Below, one piece after another: positions 10,026-19,494 of a stretch of 64,000 nucleotides of DNA (position 1 is its first letter; each line of letters starts with the position of its first letter). A program made the position numbers and the translations under genes. The notes beneath the pieces were generated by a model, which was not told the DNA's origin, made no database searches, and was given only the letters and a program-made list of their open reading frames with translations. Source of the DNA: a virus; the IMG/VR virus record IMGVR_UViG_3300031977_002862, positions 1-64,000 of that record; one strand, written 5' to 3'.

Positions 10026-11790
10026 TTGTTTCTCGTATGGAGAGGACAATGAACTTGATTTATCCTCCACTCGACTTACTCAAATCTTGGGTAGTAATGG
10101 TGTTGGTAAGTCTTCAATCCCTCTAATACTAGAAGAAGTGCTGTTTAACAAGAACTCGAAAGGGATTAAAAAAGCAGATATTCCGAATCGAGAGTTAAAC
10201 GCTGGATACTCAATTTATATCTCTTTCTCAAAGGGACAAGATGAGTATGAAATTGACCTTCAAAGGAAATCTTCTTTGAAAGTAAAATTTCTAAAGAATG
10301 GGGAAGACATTGGTAGTCACACGGCTACCAATACCTATAAAACTATACAGGAAGTGCTTGGAATTGATTTCAAGACATTCTCTCAGGTTGTCTACCAGAA
10401 TACGAACGCAAGTTTGAACTTTCTAACAGCGACCGACGCAAATCGAAAAAAGTTTCTCATCGACTTGCTTGGACTTGAGAAGTATGTAAACCTGTTTGAA
10501 ATTTTTAAAGAAGCCTCAAGAGAGGTAGAACAAGAATTTTCAAATCTCGAAGGTCGTATATCCACCATTGAAAAATGGTTGGAAAATAATCGATTGACCG
10601 ATACTACCCCACGAGAACTTGTAAATCTTCCGAAAATCTCGGAAGAAGATGAGGAACAAGCCAGCAGTCTGATGGCTGAAATTAAAAATATTTCATCGAC
10701 GAATCGACAAATCTCACAAAATAATCAGTATAAAAAATTACTGAAAGAGATTGATATTAGCGAAATTAATGCAATTGACGCTACAGAAATACTTTCGTAT
10801 GATGAATTGCAGTCCGAAGTCGGGGCTATAGCGGGATCAATCGGTCTCTCACAAAAAATCATCAAAAAGATGGAGAGTCTGGAAAATGTATGTCCTACGT
10901 GCGAACAACCCGTTGACGAAGATTTTAAAGAGAAACATATCTCGGAAGAGAAAGAAAAGATTAAAATCGGACAAGACAAACAAACTGATATCCAGAAGAA
11001 AATTGAAGAAATTCAAGAAAACAACAAGAAGTTTCGCCTAAAAACTGAGAGGCAAAAAGAGTGGGAAGATTTATATCGTTCGGTCGATAGTTCGATTCCT
11101 GCGGAACCAGTAGATGAAGAAACTCTTCGTCTGCGTCTTTCAGAAGTTCGAGCACGGCTTGAAGACCAAAAGTCTGAAATCGCTAAAATACAGAAGGAGA
11201 ACGAAAGCCGTTCTGCTCACAATGCTCGAATTGAGGTTGTTACCGAGCAAACTACAGAGTTTGAGGAGCAACTTGCAGAACTTTCTGAAAGACACGCTGC
11301 TATTTCAAAGAAGCGTGGAAATCTTGAAATTCTCAAAAAAGCGTTCAGTACGAACGGACTGATAGCATACAAGATCGAAAATCTTGTGAAGGAACTGGAA
11401 GAATTAACAAGCGAATACCTCGCAGAACTTTCAGACGGTCGTTTTACTCTGAATTTTGCAGTCAACAATGATAAGTTGAATGTTGAAATTACAGATAACG
11501 GAAACATTATTGATATTCTCGCACTTTCGAGTGGAGAACTGGCACGAGTAAATACTGCTACTCTTCTAGCGATTCGTCGTCTAATGAGTAGTTTATCTTC
11601 GAGCCGTATCAATGTTCTGTTTCTTGACGAAGTAATGACTGTTCTCGACGAAGTAGGAAAAGAAAGGCTTGTAGAAGTTCTATTAGAAGAAGAACTCAAT
11701 ACTTATCTCGTGAATCACGGATGGTCTCATCCTCTTCTTGAGAAAGTAGAAGTTCAAAAGCAGTCAAATATAAGTAGGTTAGTAGCATAA
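9994..11790 (+). CDS. D13: Rad50/SbcC-like ATPase (T5 D13-like)
   Basis: GSNGVGKS, coiled coil with CPTC zinc hook, LSSGE signature, FLDE. Confidence 0.93.
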   Translation: MITLKTLKWSNCFSYGEDNELDLSSTRLTQILGSNGVGKSSIPLILEEVLFNKNSKGIKKADIPNRELNAGYSIYISFSKGQDEYEIDLQRKSSLKVKFLKNGEDIGSHTATNTYKTIQEVLGIDFKTFSQVVYQNTNASLNFLTATDANRKKFLIDLLGLEKYVNLFEIFKEASREVEQEFSNLEGRISTIEKWLENNRLTDTTPRELVNLPKISEEDEEQASSLMAEIKNISSTNRQISQNNQYKKLLKEIDISEINAIDATEILSYDELQSEVGAIAGSIGLSQKIIKKMESLENVCPTCEQPVDEDFKEKHISEEKEKIKIGQDKQTDIQKKIEEIQENNKKFRLKTERQKEWEDLYRSVDSSIPAEPVDEETLRLRLSEVRARLEDQKSEIAKIQKENESRSAHNARIEVVTEQTTEFEEQLAELSERHAAISKKRGNLEILKKAFSTNGLIAYKIENLVKELEELTSEYLAELSDGRFTLNFAVNNDKLNVEITDNGNIIDILALSSGELARVNTATLLAIRRLMSSLSSSRINVLFLDEVMTVLDEVGKERLVEVLLEEELNTYLVNHGWSHPLLEKVEVQKQSNISRLVA

Positions 11791-12227
11791 TGGTCGATTC
11801 AAGAGCAAAAGGTCAGAGAGGGGAATATCTTGTAAGAGATATGCTTCGTGATGCTACAGGTCTACAGTTTGAGAGAGTGCCCAGTTCGGGCGCTCTGTCT
11901 TACTTAAAAGGAGATCTTTACGTTCCAGATGCAAAGAATCTGTTTTGTATCGAAGTAAAAAACTATGAAAAGTCTCCTCTCACTGACAAGATTTTTACAA
12001 ATAAAACAAACTACTTTTTACAGTGGTGGGACAAGATTGTAAAGCAAGCTGAGCTAAAGTTACAGCAACCTTTACTCTTTTTCAAATACTCACGGTCGAA
12101 AGTGTTTGTAGCAACTACAATTGAGCCGAAGAATTGCAAGTATATGTATATCAACTGGCTCGATTGTTATGTGCTGCTCGCAGAAGAGTGGTTACAACAA
12201 GAAAAAGTGGAGTTTGTAGGTGGTTAG
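11790..12227 (+). CDS. D14: Holliday junction resolvase-like PD-(D/E)xK nuclease (T5 D14-like)
   Basis: DSRAKGQRGE, RVPSSGA, KGDL, IEVKNY. Confidence 0.88.
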   Translation: MVDSRAKGQRGEYLVRDMLRDATGLQFERVPSSGALSYLKGDLYVPDAKNLFCIEVKNYEKSPLTDKIFTNKTNYFLQWWDKIVKQAELKLQQPLLFFKYSRSKVFVATTIEPKNCKYMYINWLDCYVLLAEEWLQQEKVEFVGG

Positions 12228-13071
12228 TTTTAAAGAACAGATGATGGAGCCCAATAAGAATGTTCTTATTGTAGACGGAATGAATATTGCATTTCGCTGG
12301 AAACATCAGGGTAAGTTGGATTTCGAGTTTGATTATCTACGAACTGTTGAAAGTCTGGCACATTCCTATGAGTGCAGTAAGATTATTATTGCTGCCGATT
12401 GGGGAAACAGTAAGTGGCGAAAAGAAATCTGCCCAGATTACAAAGAAAACCGAAAAGAAAGGTACAAAGACCAGACTGAACAAGAAAAAGAAGAGATGGA
12501 GATGTTTTTTCAGGAATATGAAAGAACTCTTCGTACTCTTGGAGAAAAGTTTTTAGTGCTTCGCTACTATCAAGTTGAAGCAGACGATATTGCGGCGTAT
12601 GTAGTTCGCCATCGAGAAAAACACGGTATTGAGGACATTTGGCTTATCTCAAGTGACCGAGACTGGGATCTTCTTGTCAATGACAATGTATCTCGATTCT
12701 CTACCGTAACTCGAAAAGAAACTACAGTGTTTAACTGGGAAGAATTTTTTGACTTTCCACGAGAAGAATATATTAGCTTCAAGGTTCTAACAGGCGATAA
12801 GGGTGACAACATAACTGGTATTCCAGGCATCGGACCCAAGCGCGCTACGGACTTGATTCACGAGTATGGAACTGCATTCGATATTTATGACAATATTCCG
12901 CTCGAAGGAAAGTATAAGTATATTCAAGCAATTAATGAAAGTGAAGATTTGATACTACAGAATTATCGAATGATGGATCTGCTCTCGTACTGCGAAGAAG
13001 CGATTGCATATCCTGGGCATAGTCTAGAAGAAATAGACGATCGTATTGAGGAATACATGTATGATGGTTGA
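12220..13071 (+). CDS. D15: Flap endonuclease / 5'-3' exonuclease (T5 D15-like)
   Basis: IVDGMN, YKENR, VEADD, SSDRDWD, GDKGDNITGIPGIGPKRA. Confidence 0.93.
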   Translation: MVSFKEQMMEPNKNVLIVDGMNIAFRWKHQGKLDFEFDYLRTVESLAHSYECSKIIIAADWGNSKWRKEICPDYKENRKERYKDQTEQEKEEMEMFFQEYERTLRTLGEKFLVLRYYQVEADDIAAYVVRHREKHGIEDIWLISSDRDWDLLVNDNVSRFSTVTRKETTVFNWEEFFDFPREEYISFKVLTGDKGDNITGIPGIGPKRATDLIHEYGTAFDIYDNIPLEGKYKYIQAINESEDLILQNYRMMDLLSYCEEAIAYPGHSLEEIDDRIEEYMYDG

Positions 13072-14824
13072 TTATGGTAGAGACAGGTTACTGTCAAAGT
13101 TCGGGATACAGACTCTCGAAGATAGATACTTGGTTGCGAATGAACGCTCGCCTCAAGACGCCTTCGCACGTGCGGCGAAAGCCTTTGCCGATGACGAAGC
13201 GCACGCACAACGTCTGTATGATTATGCAAGTAATCTATGGTTTATGTTCTCCACGCCAGTTCTGTCAAACGGCGGAACGACTCGTGGATTGCCTATCTCG
13301 TGCTTTCTGAACTACATTGAAGATAGCCGAGGAGGACTCACCGACCACTACACGGAGAACGCTTATTTGTCCTCCGTTGGTGGTGGTGTTGGCGGGAGCT
13401 GGAGCAGTGTTCGCTCTGTAGGTTCTCGTACAAGTAACGGAAGTGAGAGTACTGGTGTGATTCCTTTTATGAAGGTAGTTGACGCCGAAATGCTCGCTTT
13501 CTCTCAAGGAGTAACTAGAAGGGGGTCGTATGCGGCATATTTACATATTTCTCATCCAGAGATTGAAGAGTTTCTTGATGTGCGAAAGCCCACTGGCGGA
13601 GATATTAATCGTAAGTCCACTAATCTGCATCATGCTGTGGTCATTCCTGACAGCTTTATGAAGCTGATTGCACAGGCAACGACTGAAGCAGGTTTCGATG
13701 ACAGTTGGGATTTGATTGACCCGCACTCTGGAGAAGTTACTAAAACCGTTGCTGCGAAAGCACTTTGGGTAAAACTGATTCAAAATCGTGTTGAAACAGG
13801 TGAGCCCTATATTATGTTTGAAGATGCTGTAAATGAAGATTTGCCAGAGTATCAACGCTCTCTCGGACTTCGTGTGCATCATTCAAATCTTTGTTCTGAG
13901 ATTACTCTTCCTACTAATGAAGAACGCACAGCCGTGTGCTGTCTTTCTTCTGTCAACCTGGAAGAGTATGATTCTTGGAAAGATATTGACGAGTTTATTC
14001 CAGATCTCGTGCGTATGCTTGATAATGTATTAACTTATTTTATCGAACACGCTCCAGATCAGCTTGGAAAAGCCAAGTATTCTGCAATGCGTGAGCGTTC
14101 GATTGGTCTCGGTGCGATGGGTTTTCATGCTTATCTTCAGAGAAATAACATTGCCTTTGAAAGTGCGATGGCAAAATCGTTTAACAATCGTGTGTTTGCA
14201 GATATTAAGAGAAGAGCAGTTGAAGCTACGAAAGAGCTTGCAAAAGAACGCGGAGCATGTCCAGATGATCCTACGGGAACTATAAGAAACGCGCATCTTT
14301 TGGCAATCGCACCCAATGCTTCTTCAAGTATCATTTGTGCAAATACGAGTCCAAGTATTGAACCGTATCGTGCAAATGCTTTTACACAAAAGACAAAGTC
14401 TGGTACGAGTCTACTAAAGAATGAGTATCTTGAGCATACTCTTGATGAGATTGGTATGAATACAGACGAAGTATGGAAGTCCATTATGACGAATAATGGA
14501 AGTGTGCAGCATCTTGATTTTCTTGATGACTACACAAAAGATGTATTTAAGACCGCCGTTGAGCTTGACCAACGCTGGGTTGTAGAACTTGCAGCAGACC
14601 GACAGCAGCATATCTGCCAGTCTCAGTCTGTAAATCTGTTCTTTCCAGCGAACGTAAGTAAGCAAGAGCTGCACAATGTGCATATGCTTGCCTGGCGTCG
14701 AAGAATGAAAACACTCTACTATGCTCGTAGCGAAGCCTACAAAAGAGCGGAGGTGGTATCTGATGAAAAACTACGAGAGTTCGTATTTGATGACGAAAAC
14801 TCATGCCTTGCGTGTGAAGGATAG
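13061..14824 (+). CDS. nrdA: Class Ia ribonucleotide reductase alpha subunit (short, no obvious ATP cone)
   Basis: FSTPVLSN, ISCF, SNLCSEI, AIAPNASSS, CQSQSVN, KTLYY, C-terminal CLACEG; SD GAGGAA before ATG at 13061. Confidence 0.95.
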   Translation: MMVDYGRDRLLSKFGIQTLEDRYLVANERSPQDAFARAAKAFADDEAHAQRLYDYASNLWFMFSTPVLSNGGTTRGLPISCFLNYIEDSRGGLTDHYTENAYLSSVGGGVGGSWSSVRSVGSRTSNGSESTGVIPFMKVVDAEMLAFSQGVTRRGSYAAYLHISHPEIEEFLDVRKPTGGDINRKSTNLHHAVVIPDSFMKLIAQATTEAGFDDSWDLIDPHSGEVTKTVAAKALWVKLIQNRVETGEPYIMFEDAVNEDLPEYQRSLGLRVHHSNLCSEITLPTNEERTAVCCLSSVNLEEYDSWKDIDEFIPDLVRMLDNVLTYFIEHAPDQLGKAKYSAMRERSIGLGAMGFHAYLQRNNIAFESAMAKSFNNRVFADIKRRAVEATKELAKERGACPDDPTGTIRNAHLLAIAPNASSSIICANTSPSIEPYRANAFTQKTKSGTSLLKNEYLEHTLDEIGMNTDEVWKSIMTNNGSVQHLDFLDDYTKDVFKTAVELDQRWVVELAADRQQHICQSQSVNLFFPANVSKQELHNVHMLAWRRRMKTLYYARSEAYKRAEVVSDEKLREFVFDDENSCLACEG

Positions 14825-14827
14825 AAA

Positions 14828-15781
14828 ATGCTTACAGAAGAACGAAACTATTACAAGCCCTTTCAATATAATTGGGCTTTTGAACACTATAAAAGCCAGC
14901 AGCATATGCACTGGCTTCCAGACGAAGTACCAATGGCAGACGACCTTAAAGATTATCGCAGTCTTGACGATAACAGCAAGCGGCTGCTCGGTCACATCTT
15001 CCGATTCTTTACACAATCAGACGTTGACGTCTGTTGTGGCTACGCAAAGCACTATCTGCCAACTTTCAAAGCACCTGAAGTGCGGATGATGTTGTCAGCT
15101 TTTGCTGCGATGGAAGCTGTTCATCAAGAAGCTTATTCCCAGCTTCTTGAGACGCTTGGATTTCCAGAAGACGAATACCAAATGTTTATGGATGTTCAAG
15201 CGATGGCAGATAAACACGAATATCTGTCAAACTTTGGAATGGGAACTAAAAAGGACATTGCGAAGACTGTAGCTGTCTATAGCGGATTTACGGAAGGCGT
15301 TCAGCTTTTTAGTAGTTTTGCTATATTGCTGAACTTTCCTCGCCATAATCTGATGAAAAATATGGGTCAGATTGTGACTTGGAGTATTCGAGACGAGACT
15401 CTACACGTTGAAGGAATGACGAAAATTTTCAAGACTTATGTTCGTGAAAATCCTGAAATATGGAATGATGAACTCAAGTATGAAATTTATTGTGCGGCTG
15501 AAAGAGTTGTAGAGCTTGAAGACGCATTTATTGACATTGCATTTAACAACTGTGAAGTCAAAGACTTAACTGCGAGCGAAGTGAAGGCATATATTCGTTA
15601 TATCGCTGACCGTCGATTGCTTCAGTTAGGTATGAAGAAAATCTTTAATAGCGAGAGTAATCCTCTTCCATGGCTTGATTATATGATTAATGCTGTGGAA
15701 CATACGAATTTCTTTGAGAATCGTGCTACAGAGTATGCTCGCGCAAGTACAACAGGTAACTGGCAGGATATATTTAAATGA
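14828..15781 (+). CDS. nrdB: Class Ia ribonucleotide reductase beta subunit
   Basis: FFTQSDVDV, EAVHQEAY, EGVQLFSSF, RDETLH, NFFE. Confidence 0.95.
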   Translation: MLTEERNYYKPFQYNWAFEHYKSQQHMHWLPDEVPMADDLKDYRSLDDNSKRLLGHIFRFFTQSDVDVCCGYAKHYLPTFKAPEVRMMLSAFAAMEAVHQEAYSQLLETLGFPEDEYQMFMDVQAMADKHEYLSNFGMGTKKDIAKTVAVYSGFTEGVQLFSSFAILLNFPRHNLMKNMGQIVTWSIRDETLHVEGMTKIFKTYVRENPEIWNDELKYEIYCAAERVVELEDAFIDIAFNNCEVKDLTASEVKAYIRYIADRRLLQLGMKKIFNSESNPLPWLDYMINAVEHTNFFENRATEYARASTTGNWQDIFK

Positions 15782-16053
15782 CAGAAATACAAGATAAACC
15801 TACACTAGTTTTTGATGACAAAAACTATACTATAGATGATTTATCAGATACTTCTAAATACATTGTTAGTCAGCTTCAAGACTTAGAAAACCAAATTAAT
15901 GTGGCAAAAGGACGTTTAGATCAACTGGAAGTTGCAAAACGAGGCTTTACCAGCATGCTTGGTGAGGAACTTAAAAGAACTGACGAAGAAAAACAGGAAG
16001 AAATTCCTGGAGAAGTACCAGAAGAAACACCAGAAGAAGTTACAGCACATTAA
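15778..16053 (+). CDS. Small coiled-coil protein (DUF6447-like)
   Basis: DDKNYTIDDLSD..K..VSQLQDL...LDQL pattern; acidic tail. Confidence 0.6.
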   Translation: MTEIQDKPTLVFDDKNYTIDDLSDTSKYIVSQLQDLENQINVAKGRLDQLEVAKRGFTSMLGEELKRTDEEKQEEIPGEVPEETPEEVTAH

Positions 16054-16077
16054 AAAGGGGCCTTGAGCCCCTTTTTT
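16053..16077. terminator. Bidirectional terminator between convergent replication and late blocks
   Basis: AAAAGGGGC-CTTGA-GCCCCTTTTTT. Confidence 0.85.
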
Positions 16078-16339
16078 ATAAAGTTACAGAAGTAGAATCT
16101 TGATCAATTTCAACTGAGACCGTTTCTACAGATATAGTATCTATTGAGACTCCGATTTCTTCCACTGAAGAGACAATGACACCAACTTCATCTATTGTTG
16201 CAAGAGATACTTCTTCAAAAATATCTATCCCAAAATCATTTTCCTGAGAGAAGGAAAATTCTTCCGAAATATAATATCGAGCACCTATATCCCCTCTATA
16301 ACCTCTAGTAGCAATAGCTAGTCTTCTCTGAACTGTCAT
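16076..16339 (-). CDS. Small acidic hypothetical protein, last gene of the late appendage cassette
   Basis: Overlaps the upstream stop; ends at the terminator. Confidence 0.6.
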   Translation of the reverse strand: MTVQRRLAIATRGYRGDIGARYYISEEFSFSQENDFGIDIFEEVSLATIDEVGVIVSSVEEIGVSIDTISVETVSVEIDQDSTSVTL

Positions 16340-16950
16340 GATGTTCTCGTAACAGTAGTGGTCTCTGTATTTGTTTGAGCAATAGTAAGTGTAATATCTC
16401 CTACAGTAATCGAAGTGTCTTGTATAGTTTGAGGAGCGCCACTATCTAAGCCTAGAATTCTCCATATATCATACAATCTTCCTGTAGTGGTTTCTCCACC
16501 AACTATTGCTGTTTCTGTAATGTTTGAACGAGTTAAACTAACAGAAACATTTGTAGTAGGGTTTACAGGATTTTCTCCTGGTTCACGAGTATAGATGTTT
16601 CCAACAATATCTAAGAGATATCCATTACTACCATTAGCACCTGCATCCCAGGGTTGAATTCTCCAACCATTTTCTAAAAAGTATGTGTCACCAATAAAAG
16701 TACTAGAAGTAATAGGATCTCCCCCTAGCACAGATATGGCTTTTGGCCAGGTAGAGTTCGATCTTGTAGAGACCCATTCTTTCCAGTTCGAATAAATATC
16801 CTCTTTTACATCAATCGTAGTTTCCCCGGCATTTATTAAGATTAACTTACTAGGGCCGTCAAAAGTAACTTTTTGATTACCGTAATAGCCAAGAGGAGGG
16901 TTTTTATCCCAAAAATCGTAATGACCGTAGTTGAAAGCTAAATTTGGCAT
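16336..16950 (-). CDS. Putative virion structural protein
   Basis: IYSNWKEW...GGDP...YFLENGWRI; T/G-rich; late cassette. Confidence 0.6.
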   Translation of the reverse strand: MPNLAFNYGHYDFWDKNPPLGYYGNQKVTFDGPSKLILINAGETTIDVKEDIYSNWKEWVSTRSNSTWPKAISVLGGDPITSSTFIGDTYFLENGWRIQPWDAGANGSNGYLLDIVGNIYTREPGENPVNPTTNVSVSLTRSNITETAIVGGETTTGRLYDIWRILGLDSGAPQTIQDTSITVGDITLTIAQTNTETTTVTRTS

Positions 16951-16951
16951 T

Positions 16952-19282
16952 TTACTGTTTAATCTCTTTCCACTCTATTACAAACATCGCTTTTGGGTCT
17001 TGGTACAAAAGCTGCTCATGTACAAAAAAGTCTACAATAAAGTCTGGGCCGATAAATCCATATAAATCGGCAGTAGAACCACTGTAATTTCCTGTACTTG
17101 TTACAGGAGTTGTATAAGAAGCATCGGCATAAAGAACGCCTGTGTTTCTGCCCGTAATATATAAGTATACATCATTAGTAGAAAGAGTCACTCCATCAAA
17201 GTTTCTTGCTTTGTAGAGACCTCCTCCTGGATTTGCTCCAAATGTTTTTGTATAAGGCTCTCCAAGTGTCCAACGATCGGCAGTTGTAGTAACTTTTACG
17301 GGAATAGTAAAGTTAATTTGTTCTGTCCCACCGAAAGAACCTGTAGTAGCATTACTAAGTTCTAAAGTTGTTGCGTTCGTGATAACTTCAACAGTAGTTC
17401 CTGCAGAAATGTTTGATCCTGTAATACTTGCACCAATCTCTATACTACTTGTATCATCTACAAGTAAAGTAGTGCTGCTTCCAGCATCTGACTGTGCAGT
17501 TACAGTTCCTGTAGAGGATGCAGTAATACTTGTTAAAGCCTCTTCAAACGTGCCACCATCATCGGAAGCTTGCTTCCAAGTTCCTTTCTGAACTCCAATG
17601 AATGTAGAGGACAGATCTTTTTCTCCTCTTCCATTGAACATATCTTCAAAAATTCTTGTGCCGTCAGAATCAGATTCTTCATAATTAATACCCTTCTGAA
17701 CAGATTGTCTCATAACTGTGCCAGGAATATTTGTCCAGCTTCTTCCATGGTGTACAGTATTTGTAGAGGCTCTCCAATGCACGATTGCATCTCGAACTAC
17801 GCCTGGAGAACCAACATTATTGTCATAGTTAATATTTACAATTCTTGTTGGAACGACAATACTGTGGTTTGTGTTGGTTCCATCATCCGCAAGAGGTTGA
17901 ATTCCAAGAGAGAATAAATATGAAAAGCTACTTCCTACTACGTCCAAATGCCCTGTAGAAAATGTTTTTTGATTTCCAAGTTGCTGTAAATCGATATCAG
18001 TTTCTGTCCATACAGCTTGGCTAAATTCTCTTACATAGATTTCATTATCGTCAATTGCTGTAATTCCGCCGATTGCACTCCAATACGCGTTTGCATCGAT
18101 TTCAGCTTGTGTATACCCGTACACAGCCGTACAGCAAGGAAGAGAAATAGTTTGATTCATTGGAAGAGTGTATCGATTATTATGGTAATACTCGTGCATA
18201 GTTACGCGAGCACCATTATGGTATGTTCCAAAGCGAACTCTTCCAGATCCGTGCCACTGCATATCGATCCAGTATTGATTATTGTTCGCCAAGTTTAACA
18301 GCATACCGCTAGGATTACCAGCACCTTTTGAGCCGTCTACAGTATCAGTATTAAAAGTATCAATTCCAAGAGTCGCTGCTGTAGTAGCATCTGAACAAGC
18401 TAAAAGCTTGTCTACTTTGGCTCCAGAATTTGAGTTTCTCTGCTCAAGATAGAGAACTCCGTCAGGACCAACATGAAACATAAATCCGTTTTTTGCATCA
18501 AATAAGCCAAAACGACGACTCGCTCCATTATTTGTAGGAGCGTTTACAGTGCCAGCTTCATTGAATAAACAAGTTCCCATAAAAAGATGTGAAGAACCTG
18601 CGATGTAGTGATGATAGGTTTTTGCTGTCGCTGTAGCTAAGTCGCTCGGATTTGTTACTCCAACATCTACGGATCTTTTATCGTTATCATATCGAACAAA
18701 AGATGTTTCGCTTCCAAAAGTAGCACTTGCTCCACCCTGTGTTGCTACTGTAGAGAAATTCTCGTCTAAAACATCTTGAGAAGAAAAAACATAATCACCA
18801 AGAAGAGTTGCTCCTGCTGTTCGTAGTTTTCCCCAAGCATCAAGCTGTGGCTGACCTTCTGTAAATCTTACATTTGCTGCACCAAGAACATCAATATCCA
18901 ATCCATACTCAGGATTGTCGTAACCCATAATATTATACCCAGGAATATACAAGTCCTGGGCAGCTCCATTTACAGTTGCAACAGTAGCTCCTTCATATTG
19001 AATAAGTTGATTATCTTCGGGAGTATAATTATTATGTCTCGCGCTCTTGTTGTAATGAACAGCTAAAACACCTGCGGTAGCAGTTTCTTCTTCAACTCCG
19101 TGTACATGGAACATGAAGTCATTATCAGAGTTAGTTCCTCCAGAAAGCTTATACATTTCTCCGATCTGCCACTGATGATTTGTGTCTTTTCCGTCATACC
19201 GAAGTTCAGCGGTATGAATCATCAATATACGATCGCCTGTGCTTTCTGGAGGTATGCGAGTATATTTTCTTTCGCCTGCCAT
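16952..19282 (-). CDS. Putative virion appendage / lectin-like structural protein (776 aa)
   Basis: Beta-rich; RFGLFD..NG...YWIDMQWHGSGRVRFG segment resembling concanavalin-like domains of phage structural proteins. Confidence 0.55.
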   Translation of the reverse strand: MAGERKYTRIPPESTGDRILMIHTAELRYDGKDTNHQWQIGEMYKLSGGTNSDNDFMFHVHGVEEETATAGVLAVHYNKSARHNNYTPEDNQLIQYEGATVATVNGAAQDLYIPGYNIMGYDNPEYGLDIDVLGAANVRFTEGQPQLDAWGKLRTAGATLLGDYVFSSQDVLDENFSTVATQGGASATFGSETSFVRYDNDKRSVDVGVTNPSDLATATAKTYHHYIAGSSHLFMGTCLFNEAGTVNAPTNNGASRRFGLFDAKNGFMFHVGPDGVLYLEQRNSNSGAKVDKLLACSDATTAATLGIDTFNTDTVDGSKGAGNPSGMLLNLANNNQYWIDMQWHGSGRVRFGTYHNGARVTMHEYYHNNRYTLPMNQTISLPCCTAVYGYTQAEIDANAYWSAIGGITAIDDNEIYVREFSQAVWTETDIDLQQLGNQKTFSTGHLDVVGSSFSYLFSLGIQPLADDGTNTNHSIVVPTRIVNINYDNNVGSPGVVRDAIVHWRASTNTVHHGRSWTNIPGTVMRQSVQKGINYEESDSDGTRIFEDMFNGRGEKDLSSTFIGVQKGTWKQASDDGGTFEEALTSITASSTGTVTAQSDAGSSTTLLVDDTSSIEIGASITGSNISAGTTVEVITNATTLELSNATTGSFGGTEQINFTIPVKVTTTADRWTLGEPYTKTFGANPGGGLYKARNFDGVTLSTNDVYLYITGRNTGVLYADASYTTPVTSTGNYSGSTADLYGFIGPDFIVDFFVHEQLLYQDPKAMFVIEWKEIKQ

Positions 19283-19287
19283 TTAAA

Positions 19288-19449
19288 TTACTCCTGTGGA
19301 ACTAGTAACTTTGCTAGTTCGTCTCGAATCACATTATAGTTTTTTACTGTTTCTATCGGTGAGACTTCATCTATATTTAGTCTGAGAACTGTATTTACAA
19401 ACTCGTCAAAATATTCTAAAGCTTCTTCTATTTTTTGTCTTTCAGACAT
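19288..19449 (-). CDS. Small hypothetical protein, 53 aa (not in ORF track)
   Basis: MSERQKIEEALEYFDEFVNTVLRLNIDEVSPIETVKNYNVIRDELAKLLVPQE with SD AGGAG upstream. Confidence 0.65.
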   Translation of the reverse strand: MSERQKIEEALEYFDEFVNTVLRLNIDEVSPIETVKNYNVIRDELAKLLVPQE

Positions 19450-19460
19450 TTAGACTCCTA

Positions 19461-19486
19461 AAAATAGGCGGGCTTTTCAGCCCGCC
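19461..19486 (-). terminator. Rho-independent terminator after the 600-aa structural gene
   Basis: Minus strand GGCGGGCT-GAAA-AGCCCGCC followed by TATTTT. Confidence 0.75.
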
Positions 19487-19494
19487 ATATATAG

